DNA of 64,000 nt from an uncultured Candidatus Rokubacteria bacterium (GCA_963747235.1 CAVVEU010000017.1:64001-128000); one strand, 5' to 3'. Shown: positions 1 through 9,434, numbered from the stretch's first letter. Notes: generated by a model from the sequence alone, not told the origin. Numbers and translations are program-made.

Positions 1-930
1 CTCGAGCGCCCGGCGCACGCTGGCCACGTGGTGCGGGTAGAGCGCGAGGGCGCGCTCCCGCACGTGCGGCGACGGGCTCTCGCGGTGGTAGACGTACACC
101 GTGAGCGTGGGCACGAAGAAGGTGCCCTGCACGGCCATCTGCTCGAGCAGCGTGGGATCCTCGTCCAGATAGCAGCCGTGCTCGATCGTGTCGACGCCGG
201 CCTCGAGCGCGGTGCGCAGCCCGGGGCCGCCGAGGGCGTGGCACATCACGCGCCGCCCGAGGGCGTGCGACTCCGCCACGAGCGCCTCCATCTCGCCGAG
301 GGTGAAGGCCGCGTCGAGCGGGCCGTGCCCGGCCCGCGAGCTGGCCCCGCCGGTGGTCGCGGTCTTGATCACGTCGGCGCCGGCGCGGACCATGGTGCGG
401 ACCACGTCGCGCACCGCATCGGGCCCGTTGGCCACGCTCTCCGGCAGCAGGGGATCGTAGGCGGCGCAGCAGTCGTGGCCGGAGGGGCTCACGCGATCGC
501 CGATGCCGCCGGTCGGCGAGATGATCTGCACGGCCAGCACCAGGCGCGGCCCCGGGATCAGCCCCTGCTCGATGGCGAGCTTGAAGCCCGCGTCGAGCCC
601 GCCGCCGTCGCGCACGGTGGTGTAGCCCATCGCGAGCGTCTCCGCGAGCACGCGCGCGGTGCGGAGATGCGCGGTGCTCGCGGGCTCGTCGAGGCCCCAG
701 CGCGTGGCCAGGCCGTAGCCGTGCGAGGCCAGATGGTCGTGCGCGTCGATCAGGCCGGGGATGACGGTGCGGCCACGCGCGTCGACGATCGCGGCGTCCG
801 CGGGCCAGGACAGCGCCGCGCGGGGCCCGGCGGCGGTGATGCGGTCGCCGTCCATGACCACGGCGGCATCCGGCACCGGAGTCGCGCCGGTGCCGTCCAC
901 CAGGGTGACGCCGGTGAGGACGCGGATCAT
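1..930 (-). CDS. Metal-dependent amidohydrolase (Amidohydro_1, Xaa-Pro dipeptidase-like), runs off window start
   Basis: Manual translation from ATG at 930: MIRVLTGVTLVDGTG...TVIPGLIDAHDHL (HxH metal motif); not in ORF track because truncated. Confidence 0.85.
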   Translation of the reverse strand, partial: MIRVLTGVTLVDGTGATPVPDAAVVMDGDRITAAGPRAALSWPADAAIVDARGRTVIPGLIDAHDHLASHGYGLATRWGLDEPASTAHLRTARVLAETLAMGYTTVRDGGGLDAGFKLAIEQGLIPGPRLVLAVQIISPTGGIGDRVSPSGHDCCAAYDPLLPESVANGPDAVRDVVRTMVRAGADVIKTATTGGASSRAGHGPLDAAFTLGEMEALVAESHALGRRVMCHALGGPGLRTALEAGVDTIEHGCYLDEDPTLLEQMAVQGTFFVPTLTVYVYHRESPSPHVRERALALYPHHVASVRRALE

Positions 931-946
931 CGCGCGCGCGCTCGGC

Positions 947-2026
947 TCAGTCCGCGACGGGAGCGGCGATCGCCTCGGCCTGCGCGCGCGTCACGCCCAT
1001 CACGCCGCCCGCGGTCACCAGCTCCTCCCAGGTGGTCGCGTCCAGCGGGATGCCCGCGCGCAGCCGCGCCTCGCGCGAGAGCCGCTCGGGATCGCCCGGC
1101 ACGAGCACCGGGCTGGCCGGATCCGTGGGCGGCGAGCCCTTCACGTAGCCCACGAAGCCGTCGACCTCGCGCCGCATCCAGTCCACGCCGGCCAGCCGCG
1201 CCGGATCCACGAGGACGCTGAACATGTTGTTGACGACGCCCCCGCGGCGCGGGTTGTCGGGCTGGATGGTCCCGCCGCCCGACATCGCCCCGGCCAGCAG
1301 CTCGGTGAGGACCGCCAGCGCGAATCCCTTGTGGGCGCCGAACGGCAGTAGCGAGCCGCGCGGCTCCTGGTACATCACCTCCGGGTCGTTGGTGGGCGCG
1401 CCCTGCGCGTCGATCAGGTTGCCATCGGGCAGCTTCTTGCCCGCCCGCTTCGCGACCGCCACCTTGCCCATCGCCACGCCGCTGGTGGCCATGTCGAGCA
1501 GGAGGGGTGGCTGGGTGGCGGTGCCGGGCATCCCGATGCAGACCGGGTTGGTGGAGAAGCGCGCGTCGCTCCCGCGAAAGGGCGCCACCAGCCCCACGTG
1601 ATCCACCACGTTGACGAAGTGGAGCGAGACGAGCCCGGCCGCGGTGGCCAGCTCGCCGTAGGCGCCGACCCGCCCGACGTGGTGCGAGTTCGCGAGCGTC
1701 ACCACCGCCACGCCCGTCTCCCGGGCGCGCGCCATCGCGGCGGCCATCGCCTCGCCGGCCACCCGGCGCCCGAACCCCCGCTGACCGTCGAACATGAGGA
1801 AGGCGCCGTCGTCCTTCACCACCTTCGCGGAGGTGTTGGGGATGACGAGCCCTTCCTTCAGGTGCCGCACGTAGTGGGGGATCAGCCCGACCCCGTGGCT
1901 GTCGTGCCCGGCGAGATTGGCGTCCACGAGGTGAGTGGCCACCAGGTCGGCCTCGGCGGGCTCGCTGCCGCCGCGGGCGAGGATGGTGGAGGTGAGCCGG
2001 CGAAGACGGTCGGAGGGTATGCGCAT
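947..2026 (-). CDS. Ldh_2 family malate/lactate/ureidoglycolate dehydrogenase
   Basis: Motifs GHDSHG, NSHHVGRVG, TNP, LDMATS, HKGFAL; start placed at MRIPS. Confidence 0.9.
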   Translation of the reverse strand: MRIPSDRLRRLTSTILARGGSEPAEADLVATHLVDANLAGHDSHGVGLIPHYVRHLKEGLVIPNTSAKVVKDDGAFLMFDGQRGFGRRVAGEAMAAAMARARETGVAVVTLANSHHVGRVGAYGELATAAGLVSLHFVNVVDHVGLVAPFRGSDARFSTNPVCIGMPGTATQPPLLLDMATSGVAMGKVAVAKRAGKKLPDGNLIDAQGAPTNDPEVMYQEPRGSLLPFGAHKGFALAVLTELLAGAMSGGGTIQPDNPRRGGVVNNMFSVLVDPARLAGVDWMRREVDGFVGYVKGSPPTDPASPVLVPGDPERLSREARLRAGIPLDATTWEELVTAGGVMGVTRAQAEAIAAPVAD

Positions 2027-2201
2027 GACGCCGAGACTACTTGCGAGCGCCGCGCGAATCAAGACGGCGCGACCGCGGCCCCTCGTTCCGTGCTAGAGTT
2101 TGTCTGCCTCCCGCGGGCTCTCCTGGTTCGACGCACCCGGCGTTGCGATCCCGTGGTATCTGGTCTTGCCTTCCCTCTCACGGTCTGGATAGGGGATTGC
2201 C

Positions 2202-2396
2202 ATGGCGGGTGGCGTCATCGTCGGCATCCTCCGGGAGCGCTACGAGGATCACATCGTGCTCGAGAACGGCACCAAGATCTTTCTGACGAGCAAGCAGACT
2301 GCGGGCGGGCTCAGCCCCGGGACCAGCTTGACGGTCGCGTACACCGCGAAGCGGGACGGCCGGAAAGTCGCGGACAACATCTGGAGCGGGAGCTGA
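2202..2396 (+). CDS. Small beta-rich hypothetical protein (64 aa, OB-fold-like pattern)
   Basis: ORF with AGGGG RBS and GC3-biased codons. Confidence 0.6.
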   Translation: MAGGVIVGILRERYEDHIVLENGTKIFLTSKQTAGGLSPGTSLTVAYTAKRDGRKVADNIWSGS

Positions 2397-2426
2397 TATG
2401 GTCGCTAACTCGAAAAGGGAGATCGC

Positions 2427-2582
2427 ATGTTCAAATCGAATTTCCTGATCGCCTTTGCGGTGCTGGTCGTCCTGTGGATCCTCGACTTCTTCGTGCTCCA
2501 CATGATCGGCGGCCTGATCCACGTGCTCCTGGTCGTGGGCGTGATCATGTTGATCGTCCACTTCCTGCGCGGACGACCGTAG
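2427..2582 (+). CDS. Small membrane protein, lmo0937/DUF5670-like (51 aa)
   Basis: Manual translation MFKSNFLIAFAVLVVLWILDFFVLHMIGGLIHVLLVVGVIMLIVHFLRGRP; GGLIH.LLV motif; AAGGGAG RBS. Confidence 0.85.
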   Translation: MFKSNFLIAFAVLVVLWILDFFVLHMIGGLIHVLLVVGVIMLIVHFLRGRP

Positions 2583-2601
2583 GGGGCGCGACTCTCTCCC
2601 C

Positions 2602-2811
2602 ATGTCCTTTGCCTGCAAGAGCGAGCGGCGCTGTGATCACGAGCTGAAGGAATGCTCCGCGGTCCGGGGCGAGTATTGCCTCGTGTGCCATCACAACTCC
2701 TCGCTCGCGACCCCGGCCCGGCGCTCGACGCCGATGGGGCCGCGGAAGGACCGGACCGGCCTGTCGGCGGTCCTGCGAGAGATCCGGGAGCGCCGCAAGC
2801 GGAAGTCCTGA
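2602..2811 (+). CDS. Small Cys/His-rich protein with basic tail (69 aa)
   Basis: Five Cys including CLVC, tail RERRKRKS. Confidence 0.5.
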   Translation: MSFACKSERRCDHELKECSAVRGEYCLVCHHNSSLATPARRSTPMGPRKDRTGLSAVLREIRERRKRKS

Positions 2812-2881
2812 CGTGGGCCGCCCGTGCTGGCGGGCAGGTGTAGCATGGAGATGTAGGCAGTCGAACCACAGGAGGTGTGTC

Positions 2882-3139
2882 ATGACACAGAGACTTCGTT
2901 GGGTATTCGTCCCGGCGGGATTGATCGTGGCGGTGGCTCTCGGATTCGGCACCGTCGGCGCGGCCGACAAGACCAAGGTGGACCAGGCGACGCAGCGGGT
3001 CCAGCAGGGCGCCAAGCAGATCGGCCAGGGCAATGTGGGCACGGGCGTGACGGAGACCGCCAAGGGCATCGGCAACACGGTGGTCGAGGGCGCCAAGTTC
3101 AGCGGCCAGACCATCAAGGAGTTCTTCACCGGGAAGTAG
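2882..3139 (+). CDS. Small exported/membrane-anchored hypothetical protein (85 aa)
   Basis: AGGAGG RBS, signal-like N-terminus, amphipathic G/A/K/T-rich body. Confidence 0.75.
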   Translation: MTQRLRWVFVPAGLIVAVALGFGTVGAADKTKVDQATQRVQQGAKQIGQGNVGTGVTETAKGIGNTVVEGAKFSGQTIKEFFTGK

Positions 3140-3157
3140 AGGCACCGAGGGGGCGCG

Positions 3158-3388
3158 TCAGCTTCGCTCGCCGCCCCACTCCCGTCGGAGCCGCTCCCGG
3201 CTGTACCCGGCCTGCTCGAGCTGCTTCATCACGAGCGACACGCTCGTGGCGCTGAGCGTCTGCGGCCCGTGTCCCAGGACCACGACGTGATGGCCGCGCA
3301 GGGTGAAATGTTTGTGCCCGTCGGCGCGCTTCACCCTGACGGCTCCCTCCCGCAGCAGCCATCGCTCGAGTTCTCGGCGTGTGATCAC
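3158..3388 (-). CDS. hicA: HicA-like mRNA interferase (orphan)
   Basis: 76 aa; RELERWLLREG helix, DGHKHF (conserved His position), VVVLGHG..TL pattern of HicA. Confidence 0.65.
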   Translation of the reverse strand: MITRRELERWLLREGAVRVKRADGHKHFTLRGHHVVVLGHGPQTLSATSVSLVMKQLEQAGYSRERLRREWGGERS

Positions 3389-3393
3389 CTCTC

Positions 3394-3453
3394 GCGTCCC
3401 CTTCCCCCTGCGTCCCCTTCCCCCTGCGTCCCCTTCCCCCTGCGTCCCCTTCC
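3394..3453. repeat. 16-bp tandem repeat GCGTCCCCTTCCCCCT x3.75
   Basis: Units start at 3394, 3410, 3426, 3442 (last partial). Confidence 0.95.
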
Positions 3454-3485
3454 AAGGATACAGGGGAGTGTGCTACCACCGGTCC

Positions 3486-3824
3486 ATGACGACCGATCGG
3501 TGGGCCGCGGCGCTCCTGCTGGGGATCATCGCGCTGGCGGACACGGCATCCTCGGCCGATCAGGAGTACGTCATCTGGCGGAGCACGACGCTCGACCGGC
3601 TCGACTGGACGCCCGGCCGCACGACGTATGCGTCGAGGGAGGCGTGCGATCAGGCTGTCGCGGTGCGCCAGGGGCGGGTCGCCAGGGCCGTCGCGTTCCT
3701 GCGCCGGCTCGGGGCGGACGACACGCTGCTGCAGGTGGTTGGCGACCGCGTGTACGAGTGTCGCCCGGCGCTCACCGGTCCGTCCGCGCGCCCTCCGGGA
3801 CGCGAGCCGGCGCAGTCCCCGTGA
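3486..3824 (+). CDS. Exported hypothetical protein with two Cys (112 aa)
   Basis: Signal peptide-like N-terminus; SREAC...YECRP. Confidence 0.7.
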   Translation: MTTDRWAAALLLGIIALADTASSADQEYVIWRSTTLDRLDWTPGRTTYASREACDQAVAVRQGRVARAVAFLRRLGADDTLLQVVGDRVYECRPALTGPSARPPGREPAQSP

Positions 3825-3866
3825 CCGGAAGGGGCCTCGACGGCCCCCTCCGGCCGGTCTTTCCGC

Positions 3867-4913
3867 TCAGGCGCGCGCTTCGAACACCAGGTTGAAGGGG
3901 GTCTCGGCCGCGCGGCGGAACCGCGTGAAGCCGGCCTTCGTGGCCACCTGCCGCAGGCGCGCCTCGCCGGCCTGCGCGCCGAGGGCGGTGCCGACTTCCT
4001 GGTTCAGCGAGTTCGGCGTGCACAGCATCGTCGACGCTCCGTAGTACAGACGACCGACCGGATTCAGGTTGTCCTCGAGGCGGTCGTTTGCAAACGGCTC
4101 GACCAGCATCCACGTGCCGTTGGCTCCGATGGACTTCCGGACGTGGCTCCCGATGCCGACCGGATCGCCCATGTCGTGCAGCGAGTCGAAGAATGCGACG
4201 AGGTCGTAGTCCGCACCCGGGTAGTTGCTGGCGCTCGCGACCTCGAACGTGACACGGTCGGTGACCCCTTCACGCTTCGCGACCTGGCGCGCGAACTCGA
4301 TCGAGCCCTGGTGGTAGTCGAAGCCCACGAAGCGCGACTTGGGAAATGCCTTCGCCATGAGGATCGTCGAGGCGCCGTGGCCGCAGCCCACGTCGGCCAC
4401 CCGGCCGCCCTTCTCCAGCTTGGCCTGGACGCCCTCGAGCGCCGGGATCCACGCCGGGACGAGGTTGACGGCATAGCCCGGACGGAAGAACCGCTCGGTG
4501 CCCTCGAACAGCCCCGGATCGTGCTCGTGCCAGCCCATACCTTTGCCGGTCCGGAAGGCGTCGGTGATTCGCGGCTCCGACTTCACGGTGGACTGCGCGA
4601 GCAGGAACGCCCCGGGCAGGTCGGCGTCGAGGAGGGCGACCGCCTGCTCCTCGGAGAGGGAGAACTCGGACGTGGCGCTCTCGTAGGTGACGTAGCCGCC
4701 GGCGGCCATCGTCGAGAGCCACTCGCGAATGTAGCGCTCGTGGGTGTTCGTCCGCTTCGCCAGGTCCGCCGGGGTGGTCGGCCCGAGCTCGCGCATCGCG
4801 CGGAAGAGCCCGAGCTTGTCGCCCGTGATCACGAGCGCGGCATGGAAGTTGGCGCCGATGTCGACCACGGCGCGGCCGAGCAACGCGTTGAGCTTCTCCT
4901 GATCGATCGCCAT
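3867..4913 (-). CDS. Class I SAM-dependent methyltransferase with N-terminal wHTH (Rv2258c-like)
   Basis: DVGCGHG SAM motif, ERYIREWL, ETPFNLVFEAR; AGGAGG RBS. Confidence 0.93.
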   Translation of the reverse strand: MAIDQEKLNALLGRAVVDIGANFHAALVITGDKLGLFRAMRELGPTTPADLAKRTNTHERYIREWLSTMAAGGYVTYESATSEFSLSEEQAVALLDADLPGAFLLAQSTVKSEPRITDAFRTGKGMGWHEHDPGLFEGTERFFRPGYAVNLVPAWIPALEGVQAKLEKGGRVADVGCGHGASTILMAKAFPKSRFVGFDYHQGSIEFARQVAKREGVTDRVTFEVASASNYPGADYDLVAFFDSLHDMGDPVGIGSHVRKSIGANGTWMLVEPFANDRLEDNLNPVGRLYYGASTMLCTPNSLNQEVGTALGAQAGEARLRQVATKAGFTRFRRAAETPFNLVFEARA

Positions 4914-4970
4914 GAGGGGCCTCCTGTTCTGAGTACGGGTGAACGGCGTTGGATTCTGCCGACACGCCTC

Positions 4971-4986
4971 AGCAACAGAAATGCCA
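4971..4986 (-). promoter_or_regulatory. sigma-54 -24/-12 promoter for the methyltransferase
   Basis: Minus strand TGGCATTTCTGTTGCT, GG-N10-GC. Confidence 0.7.
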
Positions 4987-5099
4987 CCTGGCAACTGCTG
5001 GAAAATATTGAGAGGCGCCGCGCCGGCGCCGGGGATGCGGGCGGCATCGTGCCCTGAGGTCGCGGAAGATTGCCCGAAGCCGGTCGGCCCGAGCGGCCC

Positions 5100-6128
5100 T
5101 CAGAAGGCGAGGGGGATCTCGCGCCCCTCGCGCAGCGAGCGCTCGGCCTCGACGCAGACGATCACCCGCTTGCGCGCCTCCTCGCCCGACACCAGCGGCC
5201 GCCGCTCGCGGAACGCCACGACGGCCTGCGCGAGCTGCGCCTCCAGCTCGAAGAGCTCGCCGGACGCGGCCAGGGCTACGGTCTCCGGCTCGCCCCCGCG
5301 GCGCTTCACCCTCAGCTCGAACGCGGGCCGGCGCGTGCGATCTAGCGTGCCCGACCACCAGGCGCGGATGGCGCCCTCGCGGCCGACCACCTCGGTCACG
5401 TGGTGGTATTCGAAGGCGGCCAGCGTCTCGGTGACGACGGCGTAGGCCCCGCCGCGGAAGCGCAGGAGCGCGGTGAAGTTGTCCTCCATGCCTTCCTCCG
5501 GCCGCCGGCCGTTGCCGAGGGCCAGAACCGACACCGGGTCCCCGTGGCGCTCGAGGTACCACATCAGCGAATCGAAGGCGTGCACGGGCTCTTCGAGGAT
5601 CCACGAGCCCACGCGTGACTGGTCCTGACGCCAGCCCTCGGCGCCCGGGCGGTACGGGAAGCGGAAGAGGGTGTGGAGCGCGTACATCGGATCGCCGATG
5701 TCGCCCGCGTCGATGATCGCCTTCACGGCGCCCCACTGGGTGGAGAGCCGGAGCTCGTGGCCGATGCTGAGCATGCGCCCGCTGCGGCGGGCGGCCGCGA
5801 GGAGGCGGTCGCACTGCGCGGCGGTGGCGGCCATCGGCTTCTCGAGCAGCACGTCCTTGCCGGCGTCGAGGGCCGCGACGCCGATCTCCTCGTGCAGGTG
5901 GTTGGGTACCACGATGTCGGCCACGTCCACGTCGGGGCGCGCCAGGAGCTCCCGGTAGTCGAGGTGCACCGGTACGTCAGGGAAGTCCCGTCGCGCGGCG
6001 GCCGCCGTCGCCTCGCTCCGGCAGGCGATGGCGGCCAGGACCGCACCGGGCGCCTTGCGGATCGCGGTCGCGTGGGGGCGGCCCCAGAGCCCGTAGCCGA
6101 TCAGGCCGAAGCGCATGCCTATCCTCAC
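5100..6128 (-). CDS. Gfo/Idh/MocA family oxidoreductase
   Basis: GLIGYGLWG, LLEKPM. Confidence 0.92.
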   Translation of the reverse strand: MRIGMRFGLIGYGLWGRPHATAIRKAPGAVLAAIACRSEATAAAARRDFPDVPVHLDYRELLARPDVDVADIVVPNHLHEEIGVAALDAGKDVLLEKPMAATAAQCDRLLAAARRSGRMLSIGHELRLSTQWGAVKAIIDAGDIGDPMYALHTLFRFPYRPGAEGWRQDQSRVGSWILEEPVHAFDSLMWYLERHGDPVSVLALGNGRRPEEGMEDNFTALLRFRGGAYAVVTETLAAFEYHHVTEVVGREGAIRAWWSGTLDRTRRPAFELRVKRRGGEPETVALAASGELFELEAQLAQAVVAFRERRPLVSGEEARKRVIVCVEAERSLREGREIPLAF

Positions 6129-7019
6129 CTATCCCTTTACCGCGCCGGCGACCAGCCCGCGCACCACGTACTTCTGCAGGAGCAGCACGAGCGCCAGCGT
6201 GGGCAGGAGGCCGAGCAGGCAGATCGCCATCATCAGAGTGAAGAACACGAAGTAGTCGGAGACGAGGCCGGCCAGGATCACCGGCACCGTCATGGCCTCC
6301 GGCCGGCTGACCACGATGAGCGGGATCAGCAGCTCGTGCCACGAGATGATGAACAGGATGACCCCGCAGGCGGCCAGGCCCGGCGTCGAGAGCGGCAGGA
6401 TCATCCGGAGGAACGCGGTGAAGCGCGTGCAGCCGTCGATCCGAGCGGCGTCCTCCAGCTCGCTCGGGAAGGACGCGAAGTACGGCACCAGGATCATGAT
6501 GGCGTAGGGGATCAGGAAGCCGACCTCGGCCAGGATCACGCCGCTCAGCGAGTTGAGCAGCCCGTACGTCCGGAACAGCACGTAGAGCGGGACCATGAGG
6601 ACGATCAGCGGCACCATCCGGCTCATCGCGCTCATCTGGAGCAGCGTCTGCGTCCAGCGCACCTTCAGGCGGGCGACGGTGTAGGCCGACAGGCTGGCCA
6701 GGGCCAGCGCGATCAGCGTGACCGCGACGCCGACGATGAGGCTGTTGAGGAACGCGGCCGGGAATCGCTCGACCGACTTGGGCAGGTAGGAGACCTGGTC
6801 GAAGATCGGCCCACGCTGGGCGCCCGCCGACAGGATCAGCCGGAAGTTGGCCACGGTGTACTCGCGCGGCAGGAGCGCCCGCGTGTCGCCCTGGAGGGTC
6901 TTCTCCGACTGCACGCTCGAGAGGACGAGGGGCACGAGCGGCGCGATCAGGAACGCGATCGCCACGAGGTTCGCGACCCAGAGCGCGACCCGCCGCGGCC
7001 ACGCCAGACGCCGGCTCAC
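6129..7019 (-). CDS. Carbohydrate ABC transporter permease (MalG-like)
   Basis: ELEDAARIDG EAA loop; GTG start overlaps upstream TGA. Confidence 0.92.
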   Translation of the reverse strand: MSRRLAWPRRVALWVANLVAIAFLIAPLVPLVLSSVQSEKTLQGDTRALLPREYTVANFRLILSAGAQRGPIFDQVSYLPKSVERFPAAFLNSLIVGVAVTLIALALASLSAYTVARLKVRWTQTLLQMSAMSRMVPLIVLMVPLYVLFRTYGLLNSLSGVILAEVGFLIPYAIMILVPYFASFPSELEDAARIDGCTRFTAFLRMILPLSTPGLAACGVILFIISWHELLIPLIVVSRPEAMTVPVILAGLVSDYFVFFTLMMAICLLGLLPTLALVLLLQKYVVRGLVAGAVKG

Positions 7020-7933
7020 CACTCCACCCGCCGGTAGACGAAGCGCACGTAGAGGAGCGCGAAGGCGCCGATGATCAGGGTGAGCCCCCACGCGGAGGCC
7101 GCGCCCAGGCCGATGTTGAACGGCGGCTGGAACGACATCTTGTAGGTGTACCAGGCCGCCACCCACGTGTCGTTGCCGGGCCCGCCCTGGGTGATGGCGA
7201 GGATCTCGTCGAACACCATGAAGGCGAAGGTGGTGCGGAGGATCAGCGTCACCGCGATGATCGGCCGCAGCAGGGGCAGGGTGAGGCCCCAGAACGCGGC
7301 CCAGCCGGACGCGCCGTCCACCTCCGCGGCTTCGTACAGCTCGCGCGGGATGCCCTGGAGCGCCGCGTGGTAGAGCAGGATGTTGAACGGCGTGGTGCGC
7401 CAGACATAGGCCGCGATCACCGCCGCCATCGCGTAGGTGGGGTTGCCCAGCCAGTTCACGTAGCCGTCGATGAGGCCCAGCGCCGATAGCACGCGGTTGA
7501 GATAGCCGTACTGGGCGTTGAGGATGAACGACCAGAGGAGCCCGTTCACGATCGGCGGCACCGCCCACGGGACCAGGATCAGCACGCGGGTCACGCGCGA
7601 GAGCCACACGCGCTCCTCGTTCACGATCAGCGCGATGACGAGCGCGAGCACCACCTCGAGGGCAACCGAGACGCCGACGAAGACGAGCGTGTGTCGGAGC
7701 GAAAGCCAGAAGAGATCGTCGCGGACCAGGCGCGCGAAGTTGGTCAGGCCCGCGAACGGGAACTCTCCGGTGCGAAGCTGCCGCAGGCTCACCTCGTGCA
7801 GGGAGAGGTAGCCCGCATAGACGATCGGGTAGGCCAGCACCAGCGCCAGGCACAGGATCGACGGCGCGTTCATCAGCGCCGCCAGCCGCCCCGCCGACAG
7901 CTCGCCGCGCCGGAGCGCGGTTGCCGGGGTCAC
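7016..7933 (-). CDS. Carbohydrate ABC transporter permease (MalF-like)
   Basis: LYEAAEVDGA, TQGGPG. Confidence 0.92.
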   Translation of the reverse strand: MTPATALRRGELSAGRLAALMNAPSILCLALVLAYPIVYAGYLSLHEVSLRQLRTGEFPFAGLTNFARLVRDDLFWLSLRHTLVFVGVSVALEVVLALVIALIVNEERVWLSRVTRVLILVPWAVPPIVNGLLWSFILNAQYGYLNRVLSALGLIDGYVNWLGNPTYAMAAVIAAYVWRTTPFNILLYHAALQGIPRELYEAAEVDGASGWAAFWGLTLPLLRPIIAVTLILRTTFAFMVFDEILAITQGGPGNDTWVAAWYTYKMSFQPPFNIGLGAASAWGLTLIIGAFALLYVRFVYRRVEW

Positions 7934-7940
7934 CGTGCGG

Positions 7941-9299
7941 TCAGGCGCTCTTGGCCTTCGCGATGGCCGCGACCATGTTGTCGCACGCCTGGTCGGGCGT
8001 GATCTTGCCCTGGAGACACGCGGTCAGCTCCACGTTCATGGCGTCGCTCCAGCGCGGGTACCACTTCTGGGAGACCGCGGGCACCACGTCGGAGAAGTTG
8101 GACGCGCGCTTCCAGACGTCGAGGACCGTCGGCACGTCGTTCCACTTCGCCCAGCCCTTCTTCAGGAGGTCGCTGTCCATCACCGACTGGTAGCCGCTGC
8201 CGAGCATGGCGTCGGTCGCCAGGCGATTGGCCTGCGTGTACTGGCCGTCCTTGGTGCGGCCGCCCAGGTACTGCAGCAGCTTCCAGGCCCACTCCCGGTT
8301 CTTGGTCGCACTGGGGAGGATGTAGAGCATCGTGTACCCGATGGTCTTGCCGTTACCGGGGTGCCCGACGATGCGGCCCTTGCCCGCGATCGGGGAGTTG
8401 GCGGGGTCGTTCACGAGGCTCACGTAGTAGTGGTGGAGCGTGCCCAGATAGACGTGCTGGCCGGCGTTGAACGCCTTCACCGCCGGGATGAAGCGGAGGT
8501 TGAGCGAGTTCGGATCCGCCAGCTCCTCCTTGAACGTGTTCTGCCACCACTTGAGCGTCTCGCGCGCGATGGACCCGGCCCCGAGCTGCGGCGCGAGCTG
8601 CTTGTCGAAGATCACGCCGCCCTGGTTGTGGGTCATGCTGAACCAGGTCGCCGGGAGCTGCTCGAAGCCCGCGCCCGCCACCCAGAGGATCGGATACTTG
8701 GAGACCCCGTCCTTCTTGGCCTTGCGGCACTGCTCGAGCAGCTCGGGGTAGCTCTTGAACGGCTTGCCCTTGAACCCGGCCTTGGTGAGCAGATCGTCGT
8801 TGTAGATGAAGACCCACACCGTGGAGAAGTACGGCAGCCCCCACGTCTTGCCGTCGCGCTGGGCGATGGCCTTCGTGAACGGGGTGAAGTCTTTCACGTA
8901 CTGGTCCACCCCGGGCAGCCCGTCGATGGGCGTGGCGATGCCCTGGTCGATGTAGCTCGCGAGGTACTGCATGGGCGACTGCGAGACGTCCACCGTATCG
9001 CCGGCCGCGTACATGGCGGTGAGCTTCGCCACCTGGGGCTCGACGTTGGGCTCGATGATCTGGTTGACCTTGACCGACCAGTCCTGCTCGAACTGCTGGG
9101 CGATCTGCTCGTAGATCTTGCCGTACTGCCAGACCACGAAGGTGACGCCCGCCGGGTTGCCCGCCGGACGCGTCGCCCAGGGCCCGGCCGGCTGCGCGCC
9201 GAGGGTGCCCGGCAGCATCGACAGTCCCGCCGCGGCGGCGGACGTGCGAAGGAACTGCCGGCGATCGAAGTGGGCGGGCGAGAACGGTGGTCTGGCCAT
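7941..9299 (-). CDS. Extracellular solute-binding protein (family 1) with Tat signal
   Basis: DRRQFL twin-arginine motif, DGKTWGLP; GGAGG RBS. Confidence 0.9.
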   Translation of the reverse strand: MARPPFSPAHFDRRQFLRTSAAAAGLSMLPGTLGAQPAGPWATRPAGNPAGVTFVVWQYGKIYEQIAQQFEQDWSVKVNQIIEPNVEPQVAKLTAMYAAGDTVDVSQSPMQYLASYIDQGIATPIDGLPGVDQYVKDFTPFTKAIAQRDGKTWGLPYFSTVWVFIYNDDLLTKAGFKGKPFKSYPELLEQCRKAKKDGVSKYPILWVAGAGFEQLPATWFSMTHNQGGVIFDKQLAPQLGAGSIARETLKWWQNTFKEELADPNSLNLRFIPAVKAFNAGQHVYLGTLHHYYVSLVNDPANSPIAGKGRIVGHPGNGKTIGYTMLYILPSATKNREWAWKLLQYLGGRTKDGQYTQANRLATDAMLGSGYQSVMDSDLLKKGWAKWNDVPTVLDVWKRASNFSDVVPAVSQKWYPRWSDAMNVELTACLQGKITPDQACDNMVAAIAKAKSA

Positions 9300-9434
9300 G
9301 GCTGCCTCCCGAGCAGGAGGTTCACTTCGGAGCTGCGTGGGCGCGTGAAGGATAGGCGAAGCGGGTCGGCTCGCGCAATAGGCCGCGCGCCGCTCCCTCG
9401 ATCGCGGAGTATACTGCCGCCAAGGAGGACACAT

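Noticed and set aside
28-1221. Long antisense or alternate-frame ORFs (also 14319-16904, 28661-31168, 54315-56777)
   Set aside because: Shadow ORFs of high-GC genes with no motifs, overlapping well-supported CDSs
3394-3453. CRISPR-like repeats
   Set aside because: Head-to-tail 16-mers without spacers; no cas genes
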